From: Chloracidobacterium sp.
GTDB taxonomy: Bacteria > Acidobacteriota > Blastocatellia > Pyrinomonadales > Pyrinomonadaceae
Assembly (NCBI GenBank): GCA_025362075.1
Contig: JANYIL010000258.1
Span: forward strand, 547-64,546
DNA: 64,000 nt
Reading direction: 5' to 3'
The position numbers and the translations under genes were made by a program. Positions 8,292 to 16,741 of this stretch are shown piece by piece. Below the pieces are notes generated by a model. The model made no database searches, was not told the origin of the DNA, and was given only the letters and a program-made list of their open reading frames with translations. Positions within the stretch are counted from its first letter, which is position 1. Each line of letters starts with the position of its first letter.

Positions 8292-10811
8292 ATGAAGAGG
8301 CTTGTTTTAACAATTTTTGCTGCTTTGCTTTGGCTGCCCGCCCTGACGTATCAGGCCGGCGCACAGCAGGCTGTTGTTGACAAGCCGTTCCTGCGGGTGA
8401 TCGTTACTGATGCCCAAAAACAGGTCATCCCCGGTGCCGATTGCTCGCTTGTCAAAGAAAAACTCGTCGTTGCTAAACGGCAAACGGACGGAAACGGCGT
8501 GGCGGTTTTTGAGGGTATTGCTGTCGGTGATTACGAACTGCGTATCGAGAAGACCGGGTTTCAGGGTTTCGTCAAGAGCGGGGTCAAGGTCGAGGCAGCC
8601 GGATTGGAGATCTCTATTGCGATCGCCGTGGCGGATGTTGCTGCCCAGGTGACGGTCGATAATCATTCTGAGAGCGTAGTCAGCATCGATGCCGGATCGT
8701 CGCCGGCCGGGAAGATCAGCGGCCGGGCCGTCGAGCGTTTGCCGCTTGCCACACGCCGTGTAGATGAATCGATACCTCTTGTTCCGGGCGTAATACGCTC
8801 GACGAGAGGCGAGATCAGTATCAACGGCGCCTCGGAGCAGCAAAGTGCCTTTCGCGTCAACGGCGTCAGCGTGACCGACCCGGCGAGCGGAAATTTCCGG
8901 CTCAATCTACCGGTGGATGCGGTCGAATCGGTGCAGGTCTTTCGCCACCCATATTCGGCCGAGTACGGACAGTTCACCGGCGGCCTGACCGAGATCGAGA
9001 CCAAGCGGGGCGGCGATAAATGGCATTTCGAGCTGAACGATTTCCTGCCCGATTTTCGTTTCGTGAACGGCAAGATCCATGGCGTGCGGGACGATTCACC
9101 GCATCTAAATTTTAATGGCCCGCTTATCAAAGACCGACTCTCGATCTCGCAGTCGCTGGGTTACAGCGTTTCCAAGGTGCCCGTCCGCGGGCTGGAATTT
9201 CCGAACAACGAGACTGTCTCGGAATCGCAGAGCTATTTTACGCAGCTCGACCTGACCGTGTCACCGACGCATGCGATCTCGGCTACGATCGGATATTTCC
9301 CCGAACGGCAGAGCTATATCGGCCTCGATTTTTTCCGCCAGCGGCCGGTTACGCCAAACTATAAGCAGAAAGACATGGTCGCGACGATTCACGACAATTT
9401 TGCGTTTCGCAACGGCAGCCTGCTGCAATCGACCGTGTCGTACAAACACTTTAACGCCAATGTCTGGGGTCAGGGGCCGAACGACCAGACACTGACGCCC
9501 ATCGGCGAATTTGGCAATTATTTTGCGACTCAGGCACGTCACTCGACACGCACCGAGATACTCGAAACGTATGACTTTCCGGCTCTGAAATTCATGGCCG
9601 GTTCGCACAACATCAAAACCGGATTCAATTTCTCCGAAGTCAAAAACTGGATGAACTACGCAGCCCGACCGGTTAACATCAGGCGTTTTGACGGAACGCT
9701 GGCCGAGCGGACAACGTTTGAAACAGCCAATCAGAGCCGCGTCAAAAACAAGATCTATACGGGCTTTGTGCAGGACCGGTGGGCGCTCAGGCCAAATCTG
9801 AGCGTTGATCTCGGCCTGCGGATCGAGGACCAGCGAATTGCCGAGGAACGAAATTTTTCGCCGAGAGCCGGGTTCGCCTGGTCGCCCTTCAAAAACGATA
9901 AAACCATCGTTCGCGGCGGGATCGGGTATTTTTACGACAAGGTGCCGCTCAACATACGGGCCTTCAGACGCTATCCGGCGCGGACGATCACCACGTTCGG
10001 CCTCGATGGCCTGACGATTACCGGCCAGCACCGGTTCGAGAATTTGCTGGTCGATGACCCCACACTTTTCCCCCTCGACCTTTACAAGGAGCGCTCCCGT
10101 CGGGGCTTTGTGCCGTTAAACCTGACGTGGAATATGCAGGTCGACCGCGCGATAAACCCGAACCTCGATCTGCGGTTTAGCTACATGCACAGCCGCACGA
10201 GCCGCATTTATTCGGTCACGCCCGAAACCGATTATTTGGGACGAGCGGCCATCGTCCTCAGCCCGACGAGCCATGCCAGCTATGACTCCGTCGAGGTGAC
10301 CGCTAAGATAAGTCTGCCAAACGATCAGCCGTTTTATGTTTCGTACTCGCGGTCAAAGGCAAAAGGCGACCTGAACGACTTTAACAGCTTTTTCGGCGAT
10401 TTTGGCTCACCCGTGATCCGGCAAAACCAATATTCAAATCTGCCGACCGACGTGCCAAACCGTCTACTGGCGTGGGGGAGCATTTCGCTGCCAAAAAAGA
10501 TCACGCTATCACCGATTTTCGAATGGCGATCAGGATTTCCGTATTCGGTCGTCAACAACGAGCAGAATTTTGTCGGGATCCGCAACGCCGACAATCACCG
10601 GTTCCCCCAATTCATGTCGCTCGACGCGGAAATCTCAAGGGACTTTAAAGTCACCAGGCAGTACGGCCTCCGGCTCTCGTTAAAGGCCTTTAACCTGACA
10701 AACCACTTCAATCCGCGAAACATCAGAAATAATCTGAGCGATCCCGACTACGGAAAATTCATCAACAATTACCGGCGATATTTTGCCGGTGGTTTCGATA
10801 TTATTTTCTAG
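8292..10811 (+). CDS. TonB-dependent-receptor-like outer-membrane beta-barrel with N-terminal carboxypeptidase-regulatory-like domain
   Basis: The start is moved to the signal peptide MKRLVLTIFAALLWLPALTYQAGAQ. The N-terminal CarboxypepD_reg-like segment reads DGNGVAVFEGIAVGDYELRIEKTGF. A plug-like region and a long beta-rich body follow, ending in the aromatic residue of ...GGFDIIF. Confidence 0.75.
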   Translation: MKRLVLTIFAALLWLPALTYQAGAQQAVVDKPFLRVIVTDAQKQVIPGADCSLVKEKLVVAKRQTDGNGVAVFEGIAVGDYELRIEKTGFQGFVKSGVKVEAAGLEISIAIAVADVAAQVTVDNHSESVVSIDAGSSPAGKISGRAVERLPLATRRVDESIPLVPGVIRSTRGEISINGASEQQSAFRVNGVSVTDPASGNFRLNLPVDAVESVQVFRHPYSAEYGQFTGGLTEIETKRGGDKWHFELNDFLPDFRFVNGKIHGVRDDSPHLNFNGPLIKDRLSISQSLGYSVSKVPVRGLEFPNNETVSESQSYFTQLDLTVSPTHAISATIGYFPERQSYIGLDFFRQRPVTPNYKQKDMVATIHDNFAFRNGSLLQSTVSYKHFNANVWGQGPNDQTLTPIGEFGNYFATQARHSTRTEILETYDFPALKFMAGSHNIKTGFNFSEVKNWMNYAARPVNIRRFDGTLAERTTFETANQSRVKNKIYTGFVQDRWALRPNLSVDLGLRIEDQRIAEERNFSPRAGFAWSPFKNDKTIVRGGIGYFYDKVPLNIRAFRRYPARTITTFGLDGLTITGQHRFENLLVDDPTLFPLDLYKERSRRGFVPLNLTWNMQVDRAINPNLDLRFSYMHSRTSRIYSVTPETDYLGRAAIVLSPTSHASYDSVEVTAKISLPNDQPFYVSYSRSKAKGDLNDFNSFFGDFGSPVIRQNQYSNLPTDVPNRLLAWGSISLPKKITLSPIFEWRSGFPYSVVNNEQNFVGIRNADNHRFPQFMSLDAEISRDFKVTRQYGLRLSLKAFNLTNHFNPRNIRNNLSDPDYGKFINNYRRYFAGGFDIIF

Positions 10812-10860
10812 CGGAAAATTCTTGATTTTTCCGGAGGATGTCTGAAAAATCCAAATACCG

Positions 10861-10951
10861 TCCTCGGCGACCTCTGCGTAAATCTCAGCGGTCTCTGCGC
10901 TAAATTCATGTAAACGCAGAGGACACAGAGGTTTACGCAGAGTTCGCAGAG
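10861..10951. repeat. REP-like intergenic element, copy 1 (divergent)
   Basis: Nested inverted CTCTGCG/CGCAGAG motifs: ...cctctgcgtaaatctcagcggtctctgcgctaaattcatgtaaacgcagagg...cgcagag. Confidence 0.7.
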
Positions 10952-10984
10952 CCTTGAAATTATCTAATCTTAAACTCTTATCCT

Positions 10985-12511
10985 ATGTCCTTTCCTCGAT
11001 CATCAGGAATTTTGCTGCATCCGACCTGTCTACCCGGAGATTTTGGGATCGGTGATCTGGGCCCGGCGGCGTTCGCATTCATTGATTTTCTCGTCGCAAC
11101 CAAGCAAACCTATTGGCAGATACTGCCGCTCGGGCCGACGGGGTATGGAGATTCGCCGTATCAATGCTTTTCCGCGTTTGCCGGGAATACGTTGCTAATT
11201 TCGCCTGAAAAACTCGTCGAGGACGGACTCGTTTCGGCGGATGTGATTGCCGGCAAGTCTGCATTTGCGCCGGACAAGGTCGATTTTGGCGGTGTATATG
11301 CGTGGAAGAATGCATTATTGCGGCGGGCATATGCGGGCTTTCACGGGAAAAATGGTGCAGATCTGCGGGGGAAGTTCGAAATGTTTTGCCGCGAAAACGC
11401 TTTTTGGCTCGACGATTATGCGTTATTTCGGGCGATCAAGGCTGCAAATGGACATATCCCCTGGTATAAGTGGCCCAAACCGCTGAGGCTGCGGGACGAT
11501 GACGCTCTTCATCGAACCAGAGATGAACTGTCTGAAAGTATCGAGGCCGAAAAACTTTATCAGTTCCTATTCTTTCGCCAATGGTTCGCCGTCAAGGAAT
11601 ATGCGAACGGGCACGGAATACAGATCATCGGCGACATCCCGATCTTTGTCGCACTCGACTCGGCGGACGTCTGGTGCAACCGCGATAAGTTCAAACTAAA
11701 TGCCGATGGCTCGGCGGCGACTGTCGCGGGGGTTCCGCCCGACTATTTTTCAAAGACGGGCCAGCTCTGGGGCAATCCGATCTATGACTGGGATGCGATG
11801 CGGCGCGATGGATTTGGCTGGTGGGTCGCCCGCGTCCGTTCGACGCTGGCTACCGTCGATGTCGCCCGTATCGACCATTTTCGCGGTTTCGCCGCGTCGT
11901 GGGAGGTGCCGGGCAAGGATAAGACGGCGGCGAACGGTCGCTGGGTCGATGTGCCCGGGCATGAGTTATTTACAAAGCTCCAGCAATATCTGGGCACGAT
12001 GCCTTTCATCGCCGAAGATCTCGGAGCAATCACGCCGGACGTCCTGGCACTGCGCGACCGGTTCGGCTTTCCGGGTATGCGGATATTGCAATTCGGCTTT
12101 GGCGGCGACGCAAAAAGTATCGATCTGCCGCACAATTACGTCAAAAACTGTGTCGCCTACACCGGCACCCACGACAATGACACGGTCGTCGGCTGGTTTA
12201 ATTCGCGAGCCCGGACCGGGTCGACGCGTGACGCCAAGGCGATAAGACACGAGCATGAGTTTTGCTTGAAGTACCTGCCGTCCAACGGCAGCGAAATTCA
12301 ATGGGACTTTATTCGCGCGGCCTGGGCCTCGGTCGCCGATATCGCCATAGCTCCGTTGCAGGACATCTTCGGGCTGGGTACCGGTGCCCGCATGAACCTG
12401 CCGGCTTCCGCTTCAGGAAATTGGGGCTGGCGGTTTTGCGACGGGGCGATCACCGACGCGATTATCTCAAGGCTCGCCAAATTAACGGAAATTTACGGGA
12501 GGAGTGTGTAA
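10985..12511 (+). CDS. malQ: 4-alpha-glucanotransferase (amylomaltase)
   Basis: The N-terminus RSSGILLHPTCLPGDFGIGDLG is characteristic. IIGDIPIFV, IDHFRGF, IAEDLG and YTGTHDNDT are GH77 hallmarks. Confidence 0.92.
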   Translation: MSFPRSSGILLHPTCLPGDFGIGDLGPAAFAFIDFLVATKQTYWQILPLGPTGYGDSPYQCFSAFAGNTLLISPEKLVEDGLVSADVIAGKSAFAPDKVDFGGVYAWKNALLRRAYAGFHGKNGADLRGKFEMFCRENAFWLDDYALFRAIKAANGHIPWYKWPKPLRLRDDDALHRTRDELSESIEAEKLYQFLFFRQWFAVKEYANGHGIQIIGDIPIFVALDSADVWCNRDKFKLNADGSAATVAGVPPDYFSKTGQLWGNPIYDWDAMRRDGFGWWVARVRSTLATVDVARIDHFRGFAASWEVPGKDKTAANGRWVDVPGHELFTKLQQYLGTMPFIAEDLGAITPDVLALRDRFGFPGMRILQFGFGGDAKSIDLPHNYVKNCVAYTGTHDNDTVVGWFNSRARTGSTRDAKAIRHEHEFCLKYLPSNGSEIQWDFIRAAWASVADIAIAPLQDIFGLGTGARMNLPASASGNWGWRFCDGAITDAIISRLAKLTEIYGRSV

Positions 12512-12574
12512 GAAGGTATTGACGTAATCTCGTGGTGCCGTTGGGGATTTGTGGCAGTGTATAAGGTGAAGCAC

Positions 12575-12670
12575 TCTTCTCGGCGTTCTCTGCGAAAACC
12601 TTTGCGGCCTCTGCGATAAAGTGCTTCAAACGCAGAGGCCGCTTGAGGAGGACGAGAGAGAAACGCTGAG
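12575..12670. repeat. REP-like intergenic element, copy 2
   Basis: Core gcggcctctgcgataaagtgcttcaaacgcagaggccgcttgagg. It is near-identical to the core at 50.82-50.87 kb and, inverted, to the core at 63.82-63.86 kb. Confidence 0.8.
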
Positions 12671-12683
12671 GCTTTTATCCTCT

Positions 12684-13922
12684 TCAAGCCCGGCGGGGTT
12701 TAGATTTTCGGTGTAGGATCGTGCGAACGTTACCAAGGGCGTCGTCAAAGGCGGCGGGATTTGCCTGCGGGCTGCACGACACCGCGCGGTCGTCGATAAA
12801 AGCGGAAACGCGAGGTTTGCCTTGCCCAATGTAGACGTCCGTATACGGAAATTCATGTTTTTCGAGCCAGTCGATAACGTGAATCCGAAGCTGGCCGGGC
12901 GAGAGACTGGGCGGGTCGTATTCGCCGCCGGTGTCGGTCGAGCAGCGTGATGTAAAAATGACGATATCGGCGATCTCGTACAGCTCACGGACAAATTCCA
13001 GTGCACCGGGCAGCGGCGCGCCGATGTGCTCAAAGCCCTGCCATGTTTCGTATGTCGCCAGCACGCCGTCGAGGTCGAGGGCGACGCGGGGCTTGCGTTT
13101 ACGCTCGGCTTTAAGTTTTTTTACCGGAACCTCCGCGAGCGGTTTCGCTTTTGATTTCTTTGGTTTTGGCAGCTTTGCGGGGCGGGTCGCGAGCATCGCC
13201 TCGATAGCCTCGCCGCCCTCAAGCCATTCGTTTTCGTCAACAAAATCGAAATTATAGATCCGCGTGTAATGATGCCGCGAATGGTGGCGCCCCGGCAGCC
13301 GCAGCGTGTACGGCAGGTCGTCGGGGCCGACTGCCCGCTTTGGGGGAAAGACTTCGGGCTTTCGCGGCAGCCCGAACGATTGCCAGTCGGCCCGGACCGC
13401 GTCAACAAAATCGAACGTCTGATCGAGCGGATATTCCTTATCGAGCAAGACCCAGATGTGGTAACCGCCGACTCCGTTCGAATCCATCACCATCGGGTCG
13501 AATCCCTGTTCGCGAAGCCGCCCCGCCCACTCAAGCGTCGCCGTTCGGTTGGCCTCGACGATCTCGTCGGCGTTGGTGACGCCCTCGTCATGAAGGTCGA
13601 TGTCGATAGCAAACCATTTGCACGTCGCATGGTCCGAGATCGAAAACATCCCGACCAGATGACCCGGCGAGCGGCCCGAAAAATGCCGCTCAAGCTTGGT
13701 GATCGTTACCATGTCGGTGCCGAGCTTTCGCCGCTCCTTGATCGGCAGCATGACAACCCCGATCCGCCCGTCCGGCTTGACCGTATACTGGCTCCAGACA
13801 TCGCGGCGATTCACAAGCCGCTCCATCGCCCACTCCGCCAGACGCGGAGCATACCGTATCCACTCCTCCGCGATCCAGAGAAGTCGACGGTTGCCGGCAA
13901 ATTCGATAAAGGGCTGGGCCAT
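12684..13922 (-). CDS. Fusion protein: AEP-superfamily primase-polymerase (N) + capless HAD phosphatase/nucleotidase-like domain (C)
   Basis: AEP motifs: FAIDIDLHD (DxD), SNGVGGYHIWVLL (sGxxH) and LRLPGRHH. A Lys-rich linker PKPKKSKAKP...KAERKRKPR follows. The HAD motifs are I ALDLDGVLA, II FTSR, III GQGKP and IV FIDDR. The ATG lies 18 nt downstream of the higA stop. Confidence 0.75.
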   Translation of the reverse strand: MAQPFIEFAGNRRLLWIAEEWIRYAPRLAEWAMERLVNRRDVWSQYTVKPDGRIGVVMLPIKERRKLGTDMVTITKLERHFSGRSPGHLVGMFSISDHATCKWFAIDIDLHDEGVTNADEIVEANRTATLEWAGRLREQGFDPMVMDSNGVGGYHIWVLLDKEYPLDQTFDFVDAVRADWQSFGLPRKPEVFPPKRAVGPDDLPYTLRLPGRHHSRHHYTRIYNFDFVDENEWLEGGEAIEAMLATRPAKLPKPKKSKAKPLAEVPVKKLKAERKRKPRVALDLDGVLATYETWQGFEHIGAPLPGALEFVRELYEIADIVIFTSRCSTDTGGEYDPPSLSPGQLRIHVIDWLEKHEFPYTDVYIGQGKPRVSAFIDDRAVSCSPQANPAAFDDALGNVRTILHRKSKPRRA

Positions 13923-13940
13923 AGCGATATTTAGCGCGGG

Positions 13941-14216
13941 CTAGGCAGCGAGAAGCCCGACGACTTTTCGGCGGCGATTCTTTGAGGCTTGCCACAGGTC
14001 ATATTGTGACTGCATCCCGATCCAGAGTTCCGGGCTCGTTCCCAAAGCTTCGGACAGGCGGAGCGCCATCTCGGCGGATATGCCTGCATTTCCATTCAAG
14101 ATTCGCGAAAGCGCGGCCCGTGTAACGCCCAGATGCAGAGCCGCCGCCGTGACCGATACACTGTCGATATAATCCCTCAAAACTGTGCCCGGATGGGGCG
14201 GATCAAACATTCGCAT
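13941..14216 (-). CDS. higA: HigA-family antitoxin (HTH)
   Basis: HPGTVLRDYI...LGVTRAALSRILNGNAGISAEMALRLSEALGTSPELWIGMQSQYDLW is the typical HigA/VapI pattern. It lies 9 nt downstream of higB. Confidence 0.88.
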   Translation of the reverse strand: MRMFDPPHPGTVLRDYIDSVSVTAAALHLGVTRAALSRILNGNAGISAEMALRLSEALGTSPELWIGMQSQYDLWQASKNRRRKVVGLLAA

Positions 14217-14225
14217 AAAATCACC

Positions 14226-14507
14226 TCAGTGATAATCCTGATAATCAACCAATATGGCGTCTTCTCCCTCGAACGCAAAAGTCAATCGCCAATTCCCGCT
14301 GACATCGATCGACCAGTGGCCGGCGAGTTCGCCCTTCAGTTGATGTAATCGCCAACCCGGAGCATTCATGTCCTCGGCTTTCTTCGAATTGTCGAGAGCG
14401 AAAAGCTGGCGGCGCAACTTTTCGGCGTGCTTGGGTTGGATGCCGGACTTCGAACCAGTCTTAAAGAATCGCTCAATGCCGTTGTGCCTAAAGGTCTTTA
14501 TCACCAC
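14226..14507 (-). CDS. higB: HigB-like toxin (plasmid maintenance system killer family)
   Basis: IKTFRHNGIERFFKTGS...LHQLKGELAGHWSIDVSGNWRLTFAFEGEDAILVDYQDYH. GTG start. Confidence 0.88.
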   Translation of the reverse strand: MVIKTFRHNGIERFFKTGSKSGIQPKHAEKLRRQLFALDNSKKAEDMNAPGWRLHQLKGELAGHWSIDVSGNWRLTFAFEGEDAILVDYQDYH

Positions 14508-14514
14508 CCATATT

Positions 14515-14531
14515 GTATAGCATAGCTATAC
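14515..14531. promoter_or_regulatory. Perfect palindrome GTATAGC-ATA-GCTATAC just upstream of higB; candidate HigA operator
   Basis: The 7-bp arms with a 3-nt spacer start 8 nt upstream of the higB start codon. The site lies in the 134-nt divergent region shared with the DUF433 gene. Confidence 0.4.
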
Positions 14532-14641
14532 GATATATCAATGTTTTTGTGATCAGTGCCTGACCTTTTTTCGCCCTTGAGCTAACCGTCATGGTCGGTC
14601 GAAATCTCATGGTATGATGCTAGACAGGTGAGGAAGGAAAG

Positions 14642-14890
14642 ATGAACGACAACGCATTACTTGAACGTATTTCGATAAACCCCAAAGTCATGATGGGCAA
14701 GCCCGTGATTAAAGGAACCCGGCTGACGGTTGAATTCATATTGAATCTGTTAGCTCACGGCGGCACAATCGCCGAGATTCTCGACGAATATGACACCCTT
14801 ACGCCGGAAGACATACAGGCCTGTATGTTTTTTGCGGGAGCATCGCTCAGCCATAGTGAATTCATGCCGTTGGTTGTGGAGACGGCCTAA
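14642..14890 (+). CDS. DUF433-family putative antitoxin
   Basis: ISINPKVMMGKPVIKGTRLTVEFILNLLAHGGTIAEILDEYDTLTPEDIQACMFFA fits the DUF433 pattern. The stop overlaps the next start. Confidence 0.8.
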   Translation: MNDNALLERISINPKVMMGKPVIKGTRLTVEFILNLLAHGGTIAEILDEYDTLTPEDIQACMFFAGASLSHSEFMPLVVETA

Positions 14891-15234
14891 TGCGGTTTTT
14901 GGTCGACGAGTGTGCCGGGCCTAAAGTGGCAAAGTGGCTTCTCGATGACGGCCATGCGGTCTTTTCTATCTTCGATAGCGCTCGGGGAACGTCTGACGAC
15001 GAGATTCTTAACAAAGCTTTCAACGAAAACTGGATTCTGATCACGACAGACAAGGATTTTGGCGAAATGGTCTTTCGGGAACGTCGGCAACATCGTGGGG
15101 TAGTTTTCTTACGTCTCGTAGACGAAAGGGCCGTCAACAAAATCGTTGTATTACAGGAACTTCTGAAAAATCATGCTGAACGTCTACCTGAGCGATTCGT
15201 GACCGTTACCGAATCTAGGGTGCGATTTACGTGA
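14890..15234 (+). CDS. DUF5615-family PIN-like putative toxin
   Basis: MRFLVDEC...DDEILNKAFNENWILITTDKDFGEM...HRGVVFLR is the usual partner of DUF433. Confidence 0.75.
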   Translation: MRFLVDECAGPKVAKWLLDDGHAVFSIFDSARGTSDDEILNKAFNENWILITTDKDFGEMVFRERRQHRGVVFLRLVDERAVNKIVVLQELLKNHAERLPERFVTVTESRVRFT

Positions 15235-15243
15235 GGCAACCGT

Positions 15244-16704
15244 TTATTTCCCGCCTTTCTCCCAGCCCCCGATAAAATTTTCCTCGGCCATTTTTTCGAA
15301 CATTTTAAGGGCCCGTGCTTCGGTGGTGGCGATGCGGATGTCGCGTTCGAGCGGGGTTTGGCGGTTGGGGGAGAAGTCGGTGAAATAGACGACGTAGGCG
15401 GGAAAATCGGGGCGATCCTCTTTGTTGGTTTTCCAAAGCAGGAGTTTTCGGACCATGAGATTGCCGCGCATGGTTTTGGTGTAAACTGCTCGTTCAAGCA
15501 GCGTGCTGGGGTCGCCGGCGGGGTCCTCGGCTGATTTTTCCGCCGCAACGACAGGTACCATTTCGCTGACCTGGCGGATATTGACGTCCTCGACGGTCGC
15601 CTCTTTGTCGTCGCGAATGCGAATAAATTGCGGCGAGATGACGCTCACCAGCGGCATTCGCGAGAGGGCCGAGTATCGTTTGCCGTCGTACTTGAGCACC
15701 ATGCGGTTGACGGAACCGCCGCGGCCGCTCTCGGCGATGAGGTCGAGGCATGAGAGTTCGACGACGGGGCCGGGAGCGATCATTTCGTAGGCGACGTAAT
15801 CGTTGTTGACGGCGACGTAATCGGAGGGCACGATGCTCTTCTTTAGCTCCTTGACGATCTCGCGGCGGTCATCGTCGCTAAACCCGCCGCCGACGCGGGT
15901 CAGCTCCTGAAACGTCCCGTCGTTGCGCATGACCGCAACCAGCAGATCGTGGAGCATCCCTTTGCGGTCTTCGCTGCCCTCGGAAAAGCCGATGATCGCG
16001 GCGTCGAGGCTGTGCCGCAGCTTGATCTTGTACCAGTTCGCCTGATCATGCTGAAGCACCACGCCCTCGGAGCCCTCGCCGATCACCCAGTCGGCAAAGA
16101 CCTCCATAATCTTTTCCGTTTTTTCGGTGATCACATGATCGACCGGATGAACGAGTTTTCCCTTGCCAAACCATTTTTCGAGCAGCGAGAATTTCTTTTT
16201 TAGAGTCTCGACCGGTTCGCCGTCGGTCTCGACGATGTCGAAGACAGCCAGCCCAAGCCGCTCGGTTTCGGCCTCGGTTTTGGGATTGCGTAGCACACTA
16301 ACGACCTGTTGGATCGCCAGGGCCTTGGTCGGCGACACTTTCATGTAGATCTCGGCGCCGAGGACGCATGATTTGACCTTGGCGGCCTTGAGCAATTTTT
16401 CGGCTTCGGCAAAACACGGCAGGCCCATGCGGACGGTTCCGCCCGGATTTACCGAGATCAGCTTTTCGCCGTTAAAAAAGACGAGCGAAAATTCACCGTC
16501 GTACTTTCGCGTTGCGTAATAGCCGCGCTCGGCGTGGATGCGTGGGATGTCCTGTCCCGAAACGGCCCTCATGCGGCCGCTCAGGTTGCGTTTGTATTCG
16601 ACGGCGCGGGCCTGCAGCGACGGGTCGGCGAGATGGATGCTGTCGCCGAACGCATAGTCGCCCTTTTTCTTGTTCAGCCGCGAGCTGTCAAAATCAAGAT
16701 TCAT
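15244..16704 (-). CDS. ATP-dependent DNA ligase (stand-alone) with extra C-terminal domain
   Basis: The start is moved to the ATG of MNLDFDS, because the longer track ORF runs into the kinase gene. Ligase motifs are I RKYDGEF (Lys codon 16504-16506), III LGAEIY, IIIa LAVFDIV, IV EGVVLQH and V WYKIKLRHSLDAAIIGF. About 100 aa lie beyond the OB region. Confidence 0.8.
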   Translation of the reverse strand: MNLDFDSSRLNKKKGDYAFGDSIHLADPSLQARAVEYKRNLSGRMRAVSGQDIPRIHAERGYYATRKYDGEFSLVFFNGEKLISVNPGGTVRMGLPCFAEAEKLLKAAKVKSCVLGAEIYMKVSPTKALAIQQVVSVLRNPKTEAETERLGLAVFDIVETDGEPVETLKKKFSLLEKWFGKGKLVHPVDHVITEKTEKIMEVFADWVIGEGSEGVVLQHDQANWYKIKLRHSLDAAIIGFSEGSEDRKGMLHDLLVAVMRNDGTFQELTRVGGGFSDDDRREIVKELKKSIVPSDYVAVNNDYVAYEMIAPGPVVELSCLDLIAESGRGGSVNRMVLKYDGKRYSALSRMPLVSVISPQFIRIRDDKEATVEDVNIRQVSEMVPVVAAEKSAEDPAGDPSTLLERAVYTKTMRGNLMVRKLLLWKTNKEDRPDFPAYVVYFTDFSPNRQTPLERDIRIATTEARALKMFEKMAEENFIGGWEKGGK

Positions 16705-16741
16705 CGCCGGTCTCCTTTGGGGTCGTGGACTATTAGGAGGT

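Noticed and set aside
12684-16704. Calling the PrimPol::HAD plus ligase genes a bona fide NHEJ (Ku/LigD) locus.
   Set aside because: No Ku gene is present in the window, and the two genes are separated by two TA modules and lie on different transcription units. The idea is kept as a hypothesis only.
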